A DNA stretch of 38,213 nucleotides from an uncultured Flavobacteriales bacterium (GTDB lineage: Bacteria; Bacteroidota; Bacteroidia; Flavobacteriales; UBA7430), in contig CAWVTK010000002.1 in the NCBI GenBank assembly GCA_963933205.1, positions 1 through 38,213 on the forward strand. The letters run 5' to 3'. The notes below the pieces were generated by a model. The model saw only the letters and a program-made list of their open reading frames with translations, had not been told where the DNA came from and did no database searches. Below, in pieces: positions 35,782 through 38,213 of the stretch (position 1 is its first letter; each line of letters starts with the position of its first letter). The position numbers and the translations under genes are program-made.

Positions 35782-36921
35782 ATGAATTTTGAATTAAGCG
35801 AAGAACATATAATGATACGCGATGCAGCAAGAGATTTTGCTCAAACAGAACTTTTGCCTGGCGTAATTGAAAGAGATGAAACGCAAACGTTCCCCCACGA
35901 GCAAATAAAGAAAATGGGCGAACTTGGATTCTTAGGAATGATGGTTTCGCCAGAGTATGGTGGAGGTGGTATGGACACAATCTCGTACATATTGGCTATG
36001 GAAGAATTGTCTAAGGTAGACGCTTCTGCTTCGGTAGTAATGTCGGTAAACAATTCTTTAGTTTGCTGGGGTATAGAGAAGTTTGGTAATGAGGCACAAA
36101 AGCAAAAGTATTTAACTAAACTTGCCACAGGAGAAATGATAGGTGCTTTTTGTTTGTCCGAACCCGAAGCAGGTTCCGATGCGACATCTCAAAGCACAAC
36201 TGCTATTGATAAAGGCGATCATTACCTTTTAAACGGAACGAAAAATTGGATTACAAACGGAAGTACAGCTTCTGTATACATCGTTATCGCACAAACAGAC
36301 GTTTCCAAAGGGCATCGTGGAATTAATGCTCTTATTGTAGAAAAAGGTATGGACGGTTTTGTAGTGGGCGCTAAAGAAAACAAAATGGGTATTCGTGGTT
36401 CAGACACACATTCATTAATGTTTACTGATGTAAAGGTACCGAAAGAAAATCGTATTGGAGAAGATGGTTTTGGTTTCAAATTTGCCATGACCACCCTTTC
36501 TGGAGGTAGAATTGGAATTGCTGCTCAAGCTTTGGGAGTTGCCTCTGGTGCTCTAGAACTTGCTTTAAAATATTCAAAAGAAAGAAAATCTTTTGGTAAA
36601 CCTATTTGCGAACACCAAGCAATTGCATTTAAATTAGCAGATATGGCAACAGAAGTTGAAGCTGCTAGACTTTTATGTTTAAGAGCTGCTTGGCAGAAAG
36701 ATGCTGGAATTGATTTTACAGAATCTGGTGCAATGGCTAAATTATTTTCAGCTGATAAGGCTATGAGAATTACAACGGAAGCTGTTCAAATTCACGGAGG
36801 CTATGGTTTTGTAAAAGAATTTCATGTGGAACGCCTAATGCGTGATGCTAAAATCACACAAATTTACGAAGGGACTTCTGAAATTCAAAAAATTGTAATT
36901 TCACGTTCTATACTCAAGTAA
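35782..36921 (+). CDS. acyl-CoA dehydrogenase (short/branched-chain type)
   Basis: 379 aa from the ATG at 35782 (MNFELSEEH...). CLSEPEAGSD, QIHGGYGF and YEGTSEIQ motifs. The track start at 35743 is a TTG adding a Lys-rich non-family extension. Confidence 0.9.
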   Translation: MNFELSEEHIMIRDAARDFAQTELLPGVIERDETQTFPHEQIKKMGELGFLGMMVSPEYGGGGMDTISYILAMEELSKVDASASVVMSVNNSLVCWGIEKFGNEAQKQKYLTKLATGEMIGAFCLSEPEAGSDATSQSTTAIDKGDHYLLNGTKNWITNGSTASVYIVIAQTDVSKGHRGINALIVEKGMDGFVVGAKENKMGIRGSDTHSLMFTDVKVPKENRIGEDGFGFKFAMTTLSGGRIGIAAQALGVASGALELALKYSKERKSFGKPICEHQAIAFKLADMATEVEAARLLCLRAAWQKDAGIDFTESGAMAKLFSADKAMRITTEAVQIHGGYGFVKEFHVERLMRDAKITQIYEGTSEIQKIVISRSILK

Positions 36922-36960
36922 ACTAGTTGAAAAAACTATTTCAATAGATCTATTATGATA

Positions 36961-36992
36961 AAAGCACCTCGTTTGTTCGAGGTGCTTTTCTT
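36961..36992 (+). terminator. rho-independent terminator after the acyl-CoA dehydrogenase
   Basis: AAAGCACCTCG-TTTGTT-CGAGGTGCTTTTCTT. An 8-bp GC-rich stem extended by A/T pairs, followed by a T-rich tail. Confidence 0.85.
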
Positions 36993-37238
36993 ATGAAAAG
37001 AGACTTATAAACAATTGTTCATAAGCTTATCAACAAAAAATAAAATGTTTATAAAGATTTGAACAATTGTTAGTAAGGTTGCATATGCTAGAAAATAGAA
37101 TCGTGGGATACTCTAAAAAATGAAACCAAAAACAGCGCTAAATAAAGAATATTTAAATTTAGAAATTAGCAGTCTAAAATATATTGAAAAGAACAAATGA
37201 CTAGATTAAAAGGGCTTTGCTAAGTAAACAAATAAACG

Positions 37239-37246
37239 TATATTTG
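37239..37246 (+). promoter_or_regulatory. candidate rpsP promoter: -7 box TATATTTG with -33 TTG at 37217..37219
   Basis: TAnnTTTG match with a TTG 19 nt upstream, the best full match to the Bacteroidota sigma-A consensus in this window. Lies 62 nt upstream of the rpsP ATG. Confidence 0.6.
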
Positions 37247-37307
37247 CGCCTCTCTTCGAGAAAGAGGATTATTAATTAACCGGGTTTCGGACCCTAAAAC
37301 AATTAAA

Positions 37308-37862
37308 ATGGCTACTAAAATTAGATTACAACGTTTCGGTAAAAAAGGTAAACCAGTTTACCATATCGTAGCAGCAGATTCACGTTCAAAGCGTGATGGT
37401 CGTCACATCGAAAGATTAGGCTTATACAATCCTAATACTACACCTGCAACAATTGACTTAAACCACGACAGAGCTCTTTACTGGGTTCAAGTAGGAGCTG
37501 TTCCAACAGATACAGCTAGAGCAATTTTGTCGTATACTGGTGTTATGATGAAAAAGCACCTTTTAGACGGTGTTAAAAAGAATGCACATACTGAAGAGCA
37601 AGCCTTAGCAAAGTACGAAGCTTGGTTATCGGATAAAGCACAGCAAATTGGAAATGCAACCAGCGCAATAGCAAAAACAAAAGCAGAAGCTGCTTCTAAA
37701 GCACTTGCTGCAGAAAAAGCAGTTAGAGCTACTAGAGAAGCTGCAATTGTTGCAAAAAACACTCCTGAAGTTGTTGAGGAAGTTGTTGAAGAAGCTCCAG
37801 CAGCAGAGGCTGTTGAAGAAGCTCCAGCAGCAGATACTCCTGCAGCAGAAGCAGCTGAGTAA
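37308..37862 (+). CDS. rpsP: 30S ribosomal protein S16 with long Ala/Glu/Lys-rich C-terminal extension
   Basis: [42 protein letters not shown] is canonical S16. Residues from about 90 to 184 are a low-complexity tail (…[13 protein letters not shown]…[17 protein letters not shown]…). Confidence 0.95.
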   Translation: MATKIRLQRFGKKGKPVYHIVAADSRSKRDGRHIERLGLYNPNTTPATIDLNHDRALYWVQVGAVPTDTARAILSYTGVMMKKHLLDGVKKNAHTEEQALAKYEAWLSDKAQQIGNATSAIAKTKAEAASKALAAEKAVRATREAAIVAKNTPEVVEEVVEEAPAAEAVEEAPAADTPAAEAAE

Positions 37863-38213
37863 TGGAATTGAAGGATTGCTACTTTATTGGTCACATTAGC
37901 CGTAAACACGGATACAAAGGTGATCTGTTAGTAAAGTTAGATGTTGATGATCCTTCTAGATATAAAAAATTGGAATCAGTCTTCCTGGACAGAAAAGGAA
38001 GACTGATTCCTTTTTTTATGAGCTCTTGTAAGCTCACACAAAAAGGATTCCTTCACGTACACTTCGAAGGAATAGATACAGAAATTGAAGCAGAAAGACT
38101 TTGTAAAAGTGGCCTTTATTTACCGCTGTCTTTTTTGCCTCCAATGAAAGGAAATAAGTTTTACTACCACGAAATAGAAGGCTATAAAGTTATAGATCGA
38201 TCTTTTGGTGACG
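37862..38213 (+). CDS. rimM: 16S rRNA processing protein RimM (partial, runs off the window end)
   Basis: The ATG overlaps the rpsP stop (TAATG). The frame stays open to the window end ([30 protein letters not shown]...FYYHEIEGYKVIDRSFGD). Canonical rpsP-rimM order. Absent from the ORF track because no stop is present. Confidence 0.85.
   Translation, partial: MELKDCYFIGHISRKHGYKGDLLVKLDVDDPSRYKKLESVFLDRKGRLIPFFMSSCKLTQKGFLHVHFEGIDTEIEAERLCKSGLYLPLSFLPPMKGNKFYYHEIEGYKVIDRSFGD

Noticed and set aside
37027-37035. DnaA-box-like TTATCAACA in the AT-rich intergenic region, raising the possibility of an origin.
   Set aside because: It is a single one-mismatch box, with no cluster of boxes, no dnaA or dnaN nearby and no strand-bias switch visible. 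That is insufficient for an oriC call.
37120-37200. 26-codon ORF (MKPKTALNKEYLNLEISSLKYIEKNK) in the intergenic region.
   Set aside because: It is too short and Lys/Asn-rich, as expected from AT-rich DNA. It has no promoter-like box directly upstream and no recognisable motif. It could only be supported by ribosome profiling or conservation.
37487-37909. 140-aa antisense ORF, and the 64-aa alternative-frame ORF (37705..37899), within the rpsP tail.
   Set aside because: They are artefacts of the GCN/GAA-rich low-complexity coding repeat, which keeps several frames open. Their translations are poly-Ala/Ser or Leu/Lys/Gln runs.
1-38213. Window-wide look for mobile elements, defence systems, toxin-antitoxin pairs, tRNA/rRNA/tmRNA genes and compositional islands.
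   Set aside because: I saw no transposase, integrase, recombinase, nuclease or helicase-type defence ORFs, no long terminal or inverted repeats and no structured GC-rich RNA-like segments. Gene content is housekeeping and base composition looks uniform by eye.

Overview
This window reads as a core-chromosome segment of a low-GC Bacteroidota genome, probably Flavobacteriia-like. The taxon call rests on a PorT-like gene, DUF1573 and DUF3276 proteins, a long-tailed ribosomal protein S16, absent Shine-Dalgarno sequences, and repeated TAnnTTTG -7 promoter boxes. I support 37 densely packed CDS, two of them partial at the window edges, and almost all are recognisable housekeeping genes. They cover cell wall and recycling (mltG, dapF, anmK), cofactor and tRNA functions (coaE, tsaC, ubiE/menG), transcription and translation (nusB, rpsP, rimM) and secretion (yajC, porT-like). 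Central metabolism is represented by gpmI, an aspartate-type aminotransferase, a Leu/Val dehydrogenase, methylmalonyl-CoA mutase mutA/mutB, an acyl-CoA dehydrogenase and a YdiJ-like FAD/Fe-S oxidase. Transport genes are an ABC exporter, a TrkH-family protein and an SLC12/CCC-like permease. I found no rRNA, tRNA, CRISPR array, transposase, integrase, phage gene or recognisable defence gene, and no obvious compositional island. I therefore cannot point to a clear novel system. The most unusual items are listed here. (1) A seven-heme c-type cytochrome fused to a TPR domain, a predicted lipoprotein, is translationally coupled inside a dapF-GNAT-cytochrome-mltG operon. (2) A multidomain secreted M43 metalloprotease carries three tandem Cys-bracketed 23-aa repeats, one copy of which recurs in the convergent lipoprotein, plus a GDGWNG-containing module and a duplicated C-terminal domain. 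(3) An N-terminally extended TrkH-family K+ transporter sits next to a bacterial cation-chloride-cotransporter-like protein, with no TrkA/KtrA gene in the window. (4) A 386-nt AT-rich intergenic region upstream of rpsP contains a twice-occurring 10-bp perfect palindrome. All functional calls come from motif and family recognition by eye, since no searches were run.
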